A stretch of DNA of 32,000 nt from Candidatus Electronema halotolerans. Lineage in GTDB: Bacteria; Desulfobacterota; Desulfobulbia; Desulfobulbales; Desulfobulbaceae. Positions 9,301-19,199 of the stretch are shown here, in pieces (position 1 is the first letter of the stretch; each line of letters starts with the position of its first letter). The position numbers and the translations under genes were made by a program. The DNA is taken from contig OW818675.1 of assembly GCA_942493095.1 (NCBI GenBank), forward strand, positions 1,860,001 through 1,892,000, in the 5' to 3' direction. The notes under the pieces are model-generated. The model saw only the letters and a program-made list of their open reading frames with translations. It had not been told where the DNA came from and ran no database searches.

Positions 9301-10016
9301 TGAGCGAAAAACGGCAGACCATAATTGACCTGGCCAGGGTCAGCAAGACCTTTCCGCCAGATGTTCATGCCTTGGATGACATTTCTTTGCGCATCCGCCA
9401 AGGCGAGATGATTTTTCTCACCGGGCAAAGCGGAGCTGGCAAGACCACCCTGCTGCGCCTGCTCTGCGGCATTGACAGGCCGGACAAGGGCTATGTCGAG
9501 ATTGTCGGCCAGGATCTGAGCCGGGCCACTGATGCGGAGCTGCAAGACTTGCGCCGCCGCATCGGCGTGGCTTATCAGGATTTCAAGCTCCTGCCGGACA
9601 AGACTGTGGCCCAGAACATCGCCTACTCAATGGAGGTTGCCTACCGGAGCAGGCAGTTCATCCGCAGCCAGACGGAAAAGCTGCTCACCGAGCTGCATCT
9701 GGCTGACAAGCAGGATGCGCTGGCTGGCTATTTGTCCAGAGGCGAGCAGCAGCGGGTGGCCATTGCCAGAGCAGCAGCCAATGAACCGGAGCTGATTCTC
9801 GCCGACGAGCCGACCGGCAATCTCGATAAGGAGACCACAGGGCTGGTCATGCAGCTTTTCCGCCACTGCAACGAGCAGGGCACCACTCTGCTCATAGCCA
9901 CCCATGATCATTCGATTTACGATTTTCCGGGGAGCAAGGTGGTTAAAATCGAGAACGGGCGGCTGGCGATTCAGAAGCCTGCGGCTGCGCTCAAAAAAGC
10001 GGAGGCCCGGACATGA
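9300..10016 (+). CDS. ftsE: cell division ATP-binding protein FtsE
   Basis: ABC ATPase: [70 protein letters not shown]; immediately followed by ftsX. Confidence 0.92.
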   Translation: MSEKRQTIIDLARVSKTFPPDVHALDDISLRIRQGEMIFLTGQSGAGKTTLLRLLCGIDRPDKGYVEIVGQDLSRATDAELQDLRRRIGVAYQDFKLLPDKTVAQNIAYSMEVAYRSRQFIRSQTEKLLTELHLADKQDALAGYLSRGEQQRVAIARAAANEPELILADEPTGNLDKETTGLVMQLFRHCNEQGTTLLIATHDHSIYDFPGSKVVKIENGRLAIQKPAAALKKAEART

Positions 10017-10900
10017 TGAATTTTCTCCTTGCCGTGCTCAGTCAGACATGGCGCAGCATCATTGAGACGTGGCGCAGTCTGCTTCTTTCGCTGATGACCA
10101 TCACCTTGTCCGTGCTGATCTTCACCTTTTTTTATCTGGTCTATGTCAACACCCTGCAAGTCGGCAACCGCTTGGACAATGACCTCCGTTTAATCGTTTA
10201 CCTTGATGAGCAGCCGAACGAGGCCCTCCAGCAGGAATACCGCCGCAAGATTGAAAAATTTGAAGTGGAGCGGATTGTTTTTGTCTCCAGATTGGAAGCC
10301 TACGAGCGTTTCAGAGCACAGCTCAAGGACAGCAATGATGTGCTTGAAGACGTGCCCAAGGATTTTCTTCCGGCCTCCATTGAAATTTATCCGCGCCGCA
10401 CTCTGCGCAGCTTGTCCCAACTCAAGGATTTTTCCGCCTACTTGGAGCGTCTGCCCGGTGTGCTCAAAGTTCAGTACGGCAGGGAATGGGTCGAACGTTT
10501 CTACTCCTTTGTCAAGCTCTTGCGGGTGGTGGTCCTGCTCTCCGGCACCCTACTGATTCTGACCACCACCTTCATGATCGGTCATTCCATCCGCCTGACT
10601 GTGTTTTCCCGCAAAAAAGAGCTGGAGCTGCTCCGCTTGGTCGGCGCATCGAACAGTTACATCCGAGTGCCCTTTTTTCTGGAAGGCGCGCTGCTGGGCG
10701 CGCTTGGCTCGGCAGCAGGTCTGAGCGCGCTCTATCTGCTCTTCCGCTGGATTAAAGCCAGCTTTGCCGCCCAGGCCGCCCAGAGCATGTTTGTCTTCAG
10801 CTTCTTCAGCACTCCGACCCTGTTAGCCATTGTGATTCTTTCCACTCTGCTCTGCGCGGGCGGCAGTTTTGTCTCCATCCGCAAGATACTCAGTGTCTGA
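10013..10900 (+). CDS. ftsX: cell division permease-like protein FtsX
   Basis: ABC permease with N-terminal TM, large periplasmic loop and three C-terminal TMs; 4-nt overlap with ftsE; motif FSRKKELELLRLVGASNSYIRVPFFLEGALLGALG. Confidence 0.92.
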   Translation: MMNFLLAVLSQTWRSIIETWRSLLLSLMTITLSVLIFTFFYLVYVNTLQVGNRLDNDLRLIVYLDEQPNEALQQEYRRKIEKFEVERIVFVSRLEAYERFRAQLKDSNDVLEDVPKDFLPASIEIYPRRTLRSLSQLKDFSAYLERLPGVLKVQYGREWVERFYSFVKLLRVVVLLSGTLLILTTTFMIGHSIRLTVFSRKKELELLRLVGASNSYIRVPFFLEGALLGALGSAAGLSALYLLFRWIKASFAAQAAQSMFVFSFFSTPTLLAIVILSTLLCAGGSFVSIRKILSV

Positions 10901-10904
10901 GCGC

Positions 10905-12053
10905 ATGAAGCTGAAAACACTGCTTGCCGCGCTCCTGCCTGCTGTCCTCTTTTGCTGCTCCAGCAACTGTCTGGGCGCGGACACCCAGGCGATCAGAAGC
11001 AATATCAATCGGCTGCACGAGCAAATTGCGGCGCAGGAAGAGCAGCTCCAGCAGAGCGGCGCGCAGGAGCTGACCGTCTTGGACGAATTGGACCAGATCA
11101 GCAGCAACATGGAGGAGCAGCAGGAAAAAATCCTTGTCCTCCAGAATCATCTTCAGCGGCAGCAGCAGACCTTGGCTGCGACCAAGGAGGCACTCAACAA
11201 GACTATGCAGGCGCGGGATCAGGCCAAGGAGCAGATGCTCAAGCGGCTGCGGGCCTTTTACATGATGGGTCGGCTGGAGGTGCTCAATGTCACCTTTTCC
11301 AATAAGACCCTGCCGGAACTGCTGCTGATGATGGATTCCTTCCACAGTCTGGCGGGCTATGACCAGAGCGTGATTGACCGCTATAAAAAGAGTCTGGCCG
11401 TGCTGGAGCAGGCCAAGACCTCCTATGAGCTGGAGGAGTCGCTCCAAGAGGAGCTGGTGCGCCAAGCTGAGGAGCAGCAGAAAAAATTGCAAACGCTCCG
11501 GCAAGAGCGTGAAGACATGCTGACCCGGATTAAGGCCCAGCAGGGGCTGTACCGGCTTGCGGTTGAGGAAATGCGCCAGGCCGAGGCAAAAATGAAGCGC
11601 ACCTTGGTCGGAATCAAGGCCAGAAAGCGGAATCCGGGCCAAGGGCTGCTGGCTTTCAAAGGCAAACTTCCCTTTCCTGCTCAAGGCAGGGTGACGCTCC
11701 ATTTTGGCGAGGTGCTAAAAACTGGCCTGCGCAAAGGCGAGACGGTCAAGGGCATTCATATTGAGGTCAAGCCGGGCACAGCAGTTCGGGCCGTGGCCAA
11801 GGGCCGGGTGGCTTTTGCTGGCTGGCGGCGCGGTTATGGCAATGCAGTGATCATTGATCACGGCCAGAACTGGTTCACCATCACTTCCCGCTTGGACAGC
11901 ATTGTGGTCAGGGAAGGCGACATCATCCTTCGTCCTGGTCAGAAAATTGGAACCAGCGGCGATTTGGCCACCCTGTACGAGCCAGGCCTGTATTTTGAAA
12001 TCCGCCAAGACACAGAGCCGCAAGACCCTCTTCAGTGGCTCAAGGCGGACTGA
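10905..12053 (+). CDS. murein hydrolase activator EnvC-like, M23 peptidase domain
   Basis: Signal peptide MKLKTLLAALLPAVLFCCSSNCLG, long coiled coil, C-terminal LytM-like domain (GIHIEVKPGTAVRAVAKGRVAFAGWRRGYGNAVIIDHGQNWFTITSRLDSIVVREGDIILRPGQKIGTSGD...LYFEIR); adjacent to ftsEX. The catalytic His normally before the domain core appears altered, suggesting an activator. Confidence 0.88.
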   Translation: MKLKTLLAALLPAVLFCCSSNCLGADTQAIRSNINRLHEQIAAQEEQLQQSGAQELTVLDELDQISSNMEEQQEKILVLQNHLQRQQQTLAATKEALNKTMQARDQAKEQMLKRLRAFYMMGRLEVLNVTFSNKTLPELLLMMDSFHSLAGYDQSVIDRYKKSLAVLEQAKTSYELEESLQEELVRQAEEQQKKLQTLRQEREDMLTRIKAQQGLYRLAVEEMRQAEAKMKRTLVGIKARKRNPGQGLLAFKGKLPFPAQGRVTLHFGEVLKTGLRKGETVKGIHIEVKPGTAVRAVAKGRVAFAGWRRGYGNAVIIDHGQNWFTITSRLDSIVVREGDIILRPGQKIGTSGDLATLYEPGLYFEIRQDTEPQDPLQWLKAD

Positions 12054-12151
12054 GTGCTGGGAATGCGTTTTTTTTTGTTTGGCAGCCCGCTTTGCGGTAT
12101 AAAACAAAAAGAGGCTGTCAAAACGGCAAAAAAAATCATCCCGGAATGCTT

Positions 12152-13399
12152 ATGAAATCCACACGATTCTGTCTCGTCTTTCTTGCCGCCTGCGTCCTGC
12201 TCCTTGCCGCCCCGCTCTCGGCCAAGGAGGACCACGCCCGGCCAGAAGCGGAGATTTACAGCAATCTTGAGACCTTTGCCAACATTCTGGACCTGTTGGA
12301 AAAGCATTATGTTGACAAGGTCAGCAGCAGTGAGCTGCTTCTCGGCGCGGTCAACGGGATGCTCGGCACCTTGGATCCGCATTCCGCCTATCTCTCCCCC
12401 AAGGATTTCAAAGAACTGCAAGAAGACACCAGCGGCAATTTCAGCGGCGTGGGCATTGAAGTGACGGTGCGGGACGGTGTCCTGACCGTGGTCTCGGCCA
12501 TTGCCGGAACCCCGGCCTTTGCTCAGGGCGTGAAAGCGGGCGACCGGGTTCTTGGCATCAATGGCCAGCCAGCCCAAGACATGACTCTGAACGAGGCAGT
12601 CCGGCTGCTGCGCGGCAAGATCGGCGACAAGGTGACGCTCTCGTTGAGCAGGGACGGGCAGGTGCAGGATATTGTTCTGACTCGCAGCCTGATTCCTCAG
12701 CATTCCATTGCCAGCACAGAACTGGAGCCGGGTCTGCTTCATGTCCAGATCAGCAGCTTTCAGTCGGCCACGGCCCGCGACTTTAAAGAGGCTCTGAGCA
12801 AGGCCGCGAAAAAGCATCCGCTCAAAGGGCTGCTTCTTGACCTGCGCAACAATCCGGGCGGCCTGCTGGAACAGGCGGTCAAGGTAGCTGATCTGTTCAT
12901 CAAAAAAGGGGTGCTGGTCTCGACCAAAGGCCGGGACAAGGAGCATGACATGCTCTTTGCGGCCCATCCGGGCGCAGAAAAATACAATGTGCCAATGGTG
13001 GTCTTGGTCAATGCCGGTTCAGCGAGTGCTGCGGAAATCGTCGCAGGTGCCCTGCAAGACCACAAGCGGGCACTGATTCTCGGCACCAAAACCTTTGGCA
13101 AAGGTTCGGTGCAGACTGTGGTGCCCCTGCCGGACGGAGCCGGGCTGCGCCTGACCACAGCCCGCTACTGCACGCCCAGCGGCAGGTCGATTCAGGAGAC
13201 CGGCATCAGCCCGGACATTGTCGTGCCCTTAGAAGAAAAAGGCAGTGCGGAGCGGAGCAGCATCCGCGAGAAGGACCTGCTCCATCATTTTGAAAACACA
13301 GATCAAAATGAACAGAAAAACAGCAGTCTGAAGAACGGGCTGCTGGCTGAGGACAATCAGCTCCAAGCTGCGCTCTTCATTCTCAAGCATCTCCGCTGA
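12152..13399 (+). CDS. ctpA: C-terminal processing peptidase, S41 family with PDZ domain
   Basis: Signal peptide; PDZ (FSGVGIEVTVRDGVLTVVSAIAGTPAFAQGVKAGDRVLGINGQ); catalytic VLVNAGSASAAEIVAGALQDHKRALILGTKTFGKGSVQ. The start may also be ATG 12146. Confidence 0.92.
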   Translation: MKSTRFCLVFLAACVLLLAAPLSAKEDHARPEAEIYSNLETFANILDLLEKHYVDKVSSSELLLGAVNGMLGTLDPHSAYLSPKDFKELQEDTSGNFSGVGIEVTVRDGVLTVVSAIAGTPAFAQGVKAGDRVLGINGQPAQDMTLNEAVRLLRGKIGDKVTLSLSRDGQVQDIVLTRSLIPQHSIASTELEPGLLHVQISSFQSATARDFKEALSKAAKKHPLKGLLLDLRNNPGGLLEQAVKVADLFIKKGVLVSTKGRDKEHDMLFAAHPGAEKYNVPMVVLVNAGSASAAEIVAGALQDHKRALILGTKTFGKGSVQTVVPLPDGAGLRLTTARYCTPSGRSIQETGISPDIVVPLEEKGSAERSSIREKDLLHHFENTDQNEQKNSSLKNGLLAEDNQLQAALFILKHLR

Positions 13400-14329
13400 C
13401 CGCTGTTCCGTGGCCTGCCGCTTTGGGATGGGCCTTGTCATAGACCCGGCTCAGATGCTCCATGTCCAAGTGGGTGTATATCTGGGTCGTGGAGAGGCTG
13501 GCGTGACCAAGCAGCTCCTGCACCATGCGCAGGTCCATGCCCATTTCCACTAAATGGGTGGCAAAGGAATGGCGCAGGGCATGCGGCGTGACCTGCGGCC
13601 CGATGCCAGCCCGCTGCCCATAGGCGGCCACCATGCGCTCGATGCTGCGCGCTGTCAGGCGGGTTCCCCGGCTGTTGAGAAACAGGGCCTCCTGTTCCGG
13701 CCTGTCGCCCCGCGTGATCCGGGCGGCAATAAGCTGTCCGCGCAGCGGCAGCCAAGCGCGGAGGGCTTCCCCAGCCGCCCTGCCAAAAGGCACCAGCCGC
13801 TCCTTGCCCCCCTTGCCCCTGATTTTGATCATGCCAGCGGCAAAATCCACGTCCGCCACATTGCCAGCCACTGCCTCGGAAACCCGCATTCCTGTGGCAT
13901 AAATCAGTTCCATCACCGCCCGATCCCGCTGCTGCAATGTATCCTGCGGCTTTGGCTCCTCCAGCAGGCTGAAGACTTCATCCACAGTCAGATAAACAGG
14001 AATATGCTTGGGCAGCTTTGGCCCGGCCAGCCCGGCTAAAGGATCAGCGGCAAGATGCTTCTCTCTGAGGCAGTGGCGGATGAACACGCGCAGCGAAGAC
14101 ATCTTGCGGGCCACTGACGAGGCTGAATGGCTCAAATAAAGCGAGGCGAGATGCTGCTGCAGATGCAGGGCCTTGAGGTCGGTAAGATCAATCCCGTTGC
14201 CGAGGCTGCGGAGGAAATCCTCAACATCCCGGCTGTAGCTCTTCACCGTGTTGGCTGAATAGCCCCGTTCAACTTTCAACCAGTCAATAAAGGTGGCCAC
14301 AGCAGGCCATGCCTCTTCTGGACGCATTT
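13383..14329 (-). CDS. xerC: tyrosine recombinase XerC/XerD
   Basis: Catalytic residues in YATGMRVSEA, TPHALRHSFATHLVEMG, VQELLGHASLSTTQIYTH. The ORF is open to 14384; the start MRPEEAWPAVATFIDWL near 14329 is the likelier one. XerC versus XerD assignment is not certain. Confidence 0.9.
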
Positions 14330-14504
14330 TTTCACCATAAATGCCTGTTTTTGCGCATTTGACAAAATTGTTCATCGCGTTCATCTGGTGTTCATTCCGC
14401 TGCTGTTACAGTAACCATGCAACAAGCCGGAAGCGGCTCAATCGCTTTCGGTTGATCATGGCGTAACGTGCAACAGCGGGAAATGTCCCGCAGGAGAGGA
14501 GAGA

Positions 14505-14924
14505 ATGAAGAATGCAAGAACACAGGCAGGAAGATTTTTACTCGCAATGTCCGCAGCAGGCGTTTTGCTGGCAGGTGTCAGTCCGGCCTCAGCAGTGGAA
14601 ATCACCCCGCAGCTCCGGGCAGCGACGCTTCAGGTGATCCCTGAAGCCGGGGCAAACAACACGGCCATGCAACACTGCGGCTGTGACAGCAAAGAGGGCA
14701 TTGAGATGTATGTGCAGAACCTGATCAATGATGCGGAGAAACGCGGCCTGAACTGCCAGACTTCCTACCACATTCCAGCCTGCATCACCACCTACTGCTC
14801 AATTTGCAGGGGACATGCCGGATTAGTGGAGAACTGCATCCAAACAGGCATTGCCTATTTCACCAGCACGGCCAATTTCTGTTCGCAGCAGGCAAATGTC
14901 ACCGCTTATGCAGCTCCATTCTGA
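14505..14924 (+). CDS. small secreted Cys-rich protein of unknown function
   Basis: Good SD (ggagaggagaga), signal peptide LLAMSAAGVLLAGVSPASA; mature part with 8 Cys: QHCGCDSKEG...GLNCQTSYHIPACITTYCSICRGHAGLVENCIQTG...NFCSQQ. Confidence 0.7.
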   Translation: MKNARTQAGRFLLAMSAAGVLLAGVSPASAVEITPQLRAATLQVIPEAGANNTAMQHCGCDSKEGIEMYVQNLINDAEKRGLNCQTSYHIPACITTYCSICRGHAGLVENCIQTGIAYFTSTANFCSQQANVTAYAAPF

Positions 14925-14932
14925 AAATGGAA

Positions 14933-14976
14933 TTTTTTTGCAGGACGTGAAACAGCTGTCCACGTCCTGTAAAAAA
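14933..14976. terminator. bidirectional Rho-independent terminator
   Basis: TTTTTTTG-CAGGACGTG-(11 nt)-CACGTCCTG-TAAAAAA; perfect 9-bp stem flanked by T7/A6, between convergent genes (14505..14924 + and tsaB -). Confidence 0.85.
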
Positions 14977-15007
14977 GCGATGCAAATTCGCCCGCATCAT
15001 GCGTGTG

Positions 15008-15718
15008 CTATTTCCTTATTTTTCTTTGCAAATTAACCTCCGCCTCCGAAGGCCGGACATAGAGTGGAACAGTCAGGGCTGGATCAGACAACTCACCTCG
15101 CGCCAAACGTTCAGCAGCAAGAAAACCAATCAGGGAGGCTTTGGGACTGCTCAAAGCAGGCGGAATGAGCCACAGGTCATCAATTGCCGTAAAAACAGCA
15201 TGATATTCAGCCAGCCCCGGCCCGGCGACCGCCGCAGGAGCTTTTATCCGTTGCGCCAGCAATTCTGGGCGGACAGCCTCTGCCGGACTGATCTGGCCGC
15301 TGCCATCATAGCAGGCCGCATAGACTTCCTGCTTGCGGGCATCCAACAGGCACCAAAGGGGCATGTCGAGAAGCGGACAGGACAGGGCAACTGCATCCAA
15401 GGTCGGCACAGCCAGCAGCGGTTTGCCAGTGGCAAAGACAATCCCCTTGGCCGCTGCCAGACCAATGCGCAGGCCAGTGAAGGAGCCGGGGCCAATGCTG
15501 ACCGCGACTGCATCCACGTCCTGCCATGTCAGGCCCGCCGCCTTCATTATCCATTCGACCGAGCCGAGAAGCTGGCGGGAATGCGTTTGTTCCGGCTGGG
15601 CAATGGCCTCGGCCAGCAGTTTGCCGTTCGCCACACCGCCGCGAGTCAGGGCGACACTGCCGCAGCCAGCAGCGGTTTCAAGGGAAAGGATGAGGGGCAT
15701 CAGGATGCGCCCAGCCAC
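15008..15718 (-). CDS. tsaB: tRNA threonylcarbamoyladenosine biosynthesis protein TsaB
   Basis: [57 protein letters not shown]; typical TsaB. Confidence 0.92.
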   Translation of the reverse strand: MAGRILMPLILSLETAAGCGSVALTRGGVANGKLLAEAIAQPEQTHSRQLLGSVEWIMKAAGLTWQDVDAVAVSIGPGSFTGLRIGLAAAKGIVFATGKPLLAVPTLDAVALSCPLLDMPLWCLLDARKQEVYAACYDGSGQISPAEAVRPELLAQRIKAPAAVAGPGLAEYHAVFTAIDDLWLIPPALSSPKASLIGFLAAERLARGELSDPALTVPLYVRPSEAEVNLQRKIRK

Positions 15719-16791
15719 CGCTGCACCAGCCGGGCAATGTCATTGTAAAAAACAAAAATCATCAGCGCGCCGAGCAGGGCTATGCCGACCTGCTGCGCCC
15801 GAATCATGGCTGACTCGGCCAGCGGTTTGCGGCGGATGGCTTCAATAGTGAGAAAGGTGAGGTGGCCGCCGTCCAGAACCGGGATGGGCAGCAGATTGAG
15901 GATGCCAAGATTGACCGAGAGCAGGCCGGTGAAATGCACTAAATGCAGCCAGCCAGCCCGGAACTGCTCACCAGTGATTTCGGCAATGCGGATCGGGCCG
16001 CCCAGCTCAGAAGCCGGAATCACTTGCTGAATCATCTTGACCAAGCCCATGATCGTGACCACGATCAGATTCCACGTATAGACAAAGGCCAGACTGACTG
16101 ATTCTGGCAGGGAAATCTTGGTGTAGGTCAGTTCCTCGCTCCGGGTCATGCCGAGCAGATAACGCGCTTCGCCCGTCTCCTCGCCAAAAATATCTTTCAC
16201 CTTGTCCAAGACTGGAACCGCTGCAAGCGTCACTGGTTCCCTATCCCGCTGCACGACCAGCTCCAGCGGCTTGCCGCCAGAATCTCGGACAGCCTCGGAA
16301 ACCTGCTGCCACGAGGTCATCTCCTGCCCGTTGATCGACAGCACCACATCGCCCGGCTTCACCCCGGCTTGTTCCGCAGGTGAACCGGAATTGACCTGGC
16401 CGATCTTGGTGCTGTCAACCAGATCGGGCCGTCCAGCGAGCAGGAACATGAGCCAGAAGACCATCAGGGCAAAAAGCAGATTGAAGAGCGGGCCGCCAAA
16501 GACTATCCAGAAGCGCTGGCCCACGCTTTTATGGGAAAAGGAGACGGCTTTGTCTTCTTCGGCAATTTCCTCGCCCGGCTGCTCGCCGTACATTTTCACA
16601 TAGCCGCCCAAAGGAAAGGCGGAGATCAGGTATTCGGTCTCACCCCACTTTCTGCCGATGAGCTTATTGCCAAAGCCAAGGGAAAATTTCAGCACCCGCA
16701 CACCAAAGAGCTTGGCAAAGAGAAAATGGCCCAGCTCATGCACAAAAATCAGGATGCCGAGAATGACTATGAAAGAGATGATGGCGTTCAT
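15700..16791 (-). CDS. rseP: site-2 metalloprotease RseP
   Basis: [14 protein letters not shown] (HExxH), PDZ domain [35 protein letters not shown]. Confidence 0.94.
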   Translation of the reverse strand: MNAIISFIVILGILIFVHELGHFLFAKLFGVRVLKFSLGFGNKLIGRKWGETEYLISAFPLGGYVKMYGEQPGEEIAEEDKAVSFSHKSVGQRFWIVFGGPLFNLLFALMVFWLMFLLAGRPDLVDSTKIGQVNSGSPAEQAGVKPGDVVLSINGQEMTSWQQVSEAVRDSGGKPLELVVQRDREPVTLAAVPVLDKVKDIFGEETGEARYLLGMTRSEELTYTKISLPESVSLAFVYTWNLIVVTIMGLVKMIQQVIPASELGGPIRIAEITGEQFRAGWLHLVHFTGLLSVNLGILNLLPIPVLDGGHLTFLTIEAIRRKPLAESAMIRAQQVGIALLGALMIFVFYNDIARLVQRWLGAS

Positions 16792-16807
16792 TGCGTTTAT
16801 TGTAATT

Positions 16808-17155
16808 TCACGAAAGAATGGTTCTTCTTTCCAAGGATTCGGCTATCATTGCTGTGACTAAGGTGTTCATGCTCACTCCTTCCTGCCGGGCGCAGGCGGC
16901 AAGTTTTGCATACAAACTTTTTGGAAGACGCTGAACCAGACGGCTGCTGCTCTCCGGCTCAGGGATAGGATCATTAAATTCTTCAGCCGTTGCCAGCCAT
17001 GAATGAACTGCGTCCAAGCCATTCATGACAGCTTCTTCCAAGGTTTCTCCATCTGCAATGCAGCCTGGCAAATCTGGGAATAAAATCAAAAAACCACCGC
17101 CTTCCTCTGCTGTCAGCGGACGAACTTCAAAAGGATAGTTGACTTTTCTGCCCAT
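16808..17155 (-). CDS. hicB: HicB family antitoxin with C-terminal RHH segment
   Basis: MGRKVNYPFEVRPLTAEEGGGFLILFPDLPGCIADGETLEEAVMNGLDAVHSWL...RLPKSLYAKLAACARQEGVSMNTLVTAMIAESLERR. The ORF is open to 17185; 17155 is the more canonical start and avoids overlap with hicA. Confidence 0.85.
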   Translation of the reverse strand: MGRKVNYPFEVRPLTAEEGGGFLILFPDLPGCIADGETLEEAVMNGLDAVHSWLATAEEFNDPIPEPESSSRLVQRLPKSLYAKLAACARQEGVSMNTLVTAMIAESLERRTILS

Positions 17156-17159
17156 AAAA

Positions 17160-17402
17160 TTATGCCTGATCGCCTTCCCCTTCAATCAGAAAGCGAAGGA
17201 ATTTTTTGATATAAATTGGTTTGATGGGCCGATGCGCTGGAACAGTGATTTTTGCTTCATTTGGATGACGGAAGGTGACGTGACTTGTGCCGGGTTGTCT
17301 CCATGCAATACCAAATCTTTTGGCAAGATATTGTAGCTCATCAATCTGCCAGTCCTGCGGATTATTCTGCATCCTGAGCAGCATCTTTTCAATTTTACTC
17401 AT
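17160..17402 (-). CDS. hicA: HicA-like mRNA interferase toxin
   Basis: dsRBD-like fold with catalytic-type His: GIAWRQPGTSHVTFRHPNEAKITVPAHRPIKPIYIKKFLRFL; directly upstream of hicB. Confidence 0.8.
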   Translation of the reverse strand: MSKIEKMLLRMQNNPQDWQIDELQYLAKRFGIAWRQPGTSHVTFRHPNEAKITVPAHRPIKPIYIKKFLRFLIEGEGDQA

Positions 17403-17450
17403 GATGCTGGAAGATTTCAAGCAGCTCCTGCGCTTAGATGGAGAAACGCT

Positions 17451-19193
17451 CTACAAACGGCCCAGCAGAGGCGAATTGCTGACAACCGCATCAAATTCGC
17501 GGCGGAAAGCCGGGTACCTTTTGTACTCCTGATTTCTTTTCAGTTCAAGAAATGCAGCCGCTTTGTCCTGCTGTTCATGCAGGATCAGGCATTCCATATA
17601 TCCGCCCAAAGCTTCCGCACCTCTGGCATATCCTTTCCGATACTGGTTGGAGACAATATGCTCGGCACGGTCGGAGGAAATTCGTTCAACAAACTTGAGC
17701 CATTGTTTTTGCTGCGAATCTGAAACAGCGGTTTGCAGCAGCCGCTTCTTGATTTCATCAGCGATAAAGCCATTGCCGTCGCGCCTGCGCATGTATCTTT
17801 CAAACAGAGCCTGAATCGTTTTGGCCTCAGCGTTTCCTTTGCACAGAACAAACAGGATGCTGACATAAACAGCACCTGTCGTTCTTTTCTCGTTTGACCA
17901 GCCAATTGCCGCCTCTTGATCAATTGCTGCATAGCTTTCCTGTAATTGGCCCAACAGCAGCATGATTTTGATGCGCAGGAAAAAATCCGACTGGCTGAAA
18001 AAATGAGGCTGTTTGACCTTGGCAGGCATTGATTCCAGAAAGGAAATAGCCTTGTCCAATTCTGCCTCGCGGACTTGTTGCTTGTCCGCCTCCCGCAGCA
18101 GATCAGCTAAGTACTCCTCCTGCGGATATGAAAAAAATTGTTCCCGTTTGCCCTGCAAAACAAGAATGTTGTCGCCTGTCTGCTCGCCTGCTGCGTACAA
18201 CTGCGCTGCCGCATAAGCCCGCAGACTATCATAGGGCATGGCACGCAATGCCTCCTGCGCAGCGGCAGCCAGTTCGCCCCATGCCTCCGCTTCCCGCAGT
18301 CGATCCAACCAATAGAGATAACCGGTCGGATTGTTGCGTTGACGCACTGCCGCCGCCAGCCCTTGCAGGCCGTCTAACCGCTGCACCGCCTCCAGATGCA
18401 GAAGCACAGCCCGGCTGCTGTCGATGGAGCGCAGCTCTTTTTGCAATTTTTTCAGGAAATCGTCCCAATCTGCCAGTTCACCGGGCCGTGCGTTAAACAC
18501 ATCTTTAAGTGAGGGTAAAATTTCATTTACCGGATCATACCCAAGGCCAAAAAGTTGCCTTCCAAAAGGATGTTGTTCTGCCTCTGTTTTCCGCTCTGCT
18601 TCCATTGCCACACACATCAGTTTGGGCCGCTCTGCTTCAGAGGAAGTTTCATAGACACAACGGCAATACCGGGCCAAGGTCTCCCGCCAGTTGATATCTA
18701 TCTCGTTATATTCAATTGAGTAATCCAACCCTCTGCCGTGCAGAGACAGATCAATTAGTTGCTGATAGGCCTTTTGGGCAAGCTCCAGCTTCCCATCAAG
18801 AAAGAGCCTGTCCGCCTCAGCAAACAAGGCTTCGAGAGACTCCTGCTGTTCTTTGGACATGCTGGGGAATTCTTCATCATAATAATAATCATCTTCTTCA
18901 TAACGCTCTTCGTAATACGAGCCATCTTCAACAGATTTCTGCCAATCCGCAATATCCTCAAGGAGCTTTTCTTTTCTGGCTAAGATGCTGCTATCTTCTG
19001 GCGCAGCTATTTCCTCAAAATCAACAGGATGAGAAATGATTGACAGTCTTTCGAGGAATGACGTTCGTTCCGCAGCAGGAACATCGAGAGCTGCCTGACA
19101 AAGCAAGTCAATTAGCTCGGCTTTGGTCAGTTTGGCGCAATGTTTTTTGATCTTCTCAAGATAGGGCTTCAGAGCCAATGTTTCTGTAGTCAT
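17451..19193 (-). CDS. large acidic helical-repeat (TPR-like) protein of unknown function
   Basis: 580-aa ORF, predicted helical repeats (ALFAEADRLFLDGKLELAQKAYQQLIDL), N-terminal KLTKAELIDLLCQAALDVPAAERTSFLERL, C-terminal KAAAFLELKRNQEYKRYPAFRREFDAVV. Loosely resembles regions beside SWIM-type proteins, from memory only. Confidence 0.6.
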   Translation of the reverse strand: MTTETLALKPYLEKIKKHCAKLTKAELIDLLCQAALDVPAAERTSFLERLSIISHPVDFEEIAAPEDSSILARKEKLLEDIADWQKSVEDGSYYEERYEEDDYYYDEEFPSMSKEQQESLEALFAEADRLFLDGKLELAQKAYQQLIDLSLHGRGLDYSIEYNEIDINWRETLARYCRCVYETSSEAERPKLMCVAMEAERKTEAEQHPFGRQLFGLGYDPVNEILPSLKDVFNARPGELADWDDFLKKLQKELRSIDSSRAVLLHLEAVQRLDGLQGLAAAVRQRNNPTGYLYWLDRLREAEAWGELAAAAQEALRAMPYDSLRAYAAAQLYAAGEQTGDNILVLQGKREQFFSYPQEEYLADLLREADKQQVREAELDKAISFLESMPAKVKQPHFFSQSDFFLRIKIMLLLGQLQESYAAIDQEAAIGWSNEKRTTGAVYVSILFVLCKGNAEAKTIQALFERYMRRRDGNGFIADEIKKRLLQTAVSDSQQKQWLKFVERISSDRAEHIVSNQYRKGYARGAEALGGYMECLILHEQQDKAAAFLELKRNQEYKRYPAFRREFDAVVSNSPLLGRL

Positions 19194-19199
19194 TTTGTT

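Noticed and set aside
10890-12967. Antisense ORFs across envC and ctpA (11702..10890, 12967..12032)
   Set aside because: Both are fully antisense to genes with clear domain signatures and look like shadow ORFs.
13383-14329. XerC-like recombinase as evidence for an integrated element or integron
   Set aside because: The protein looks like a housekeeping Xer recombinase; no att-like repeats, cassette array or phage genes are nearby.
17160-17185. 26-bp overlap of hicA and hicB as an unusual regulatory overlap
   Set aside because: Depends on the most upstream hicB start; the more canonical start at 17155 removes the overlap.
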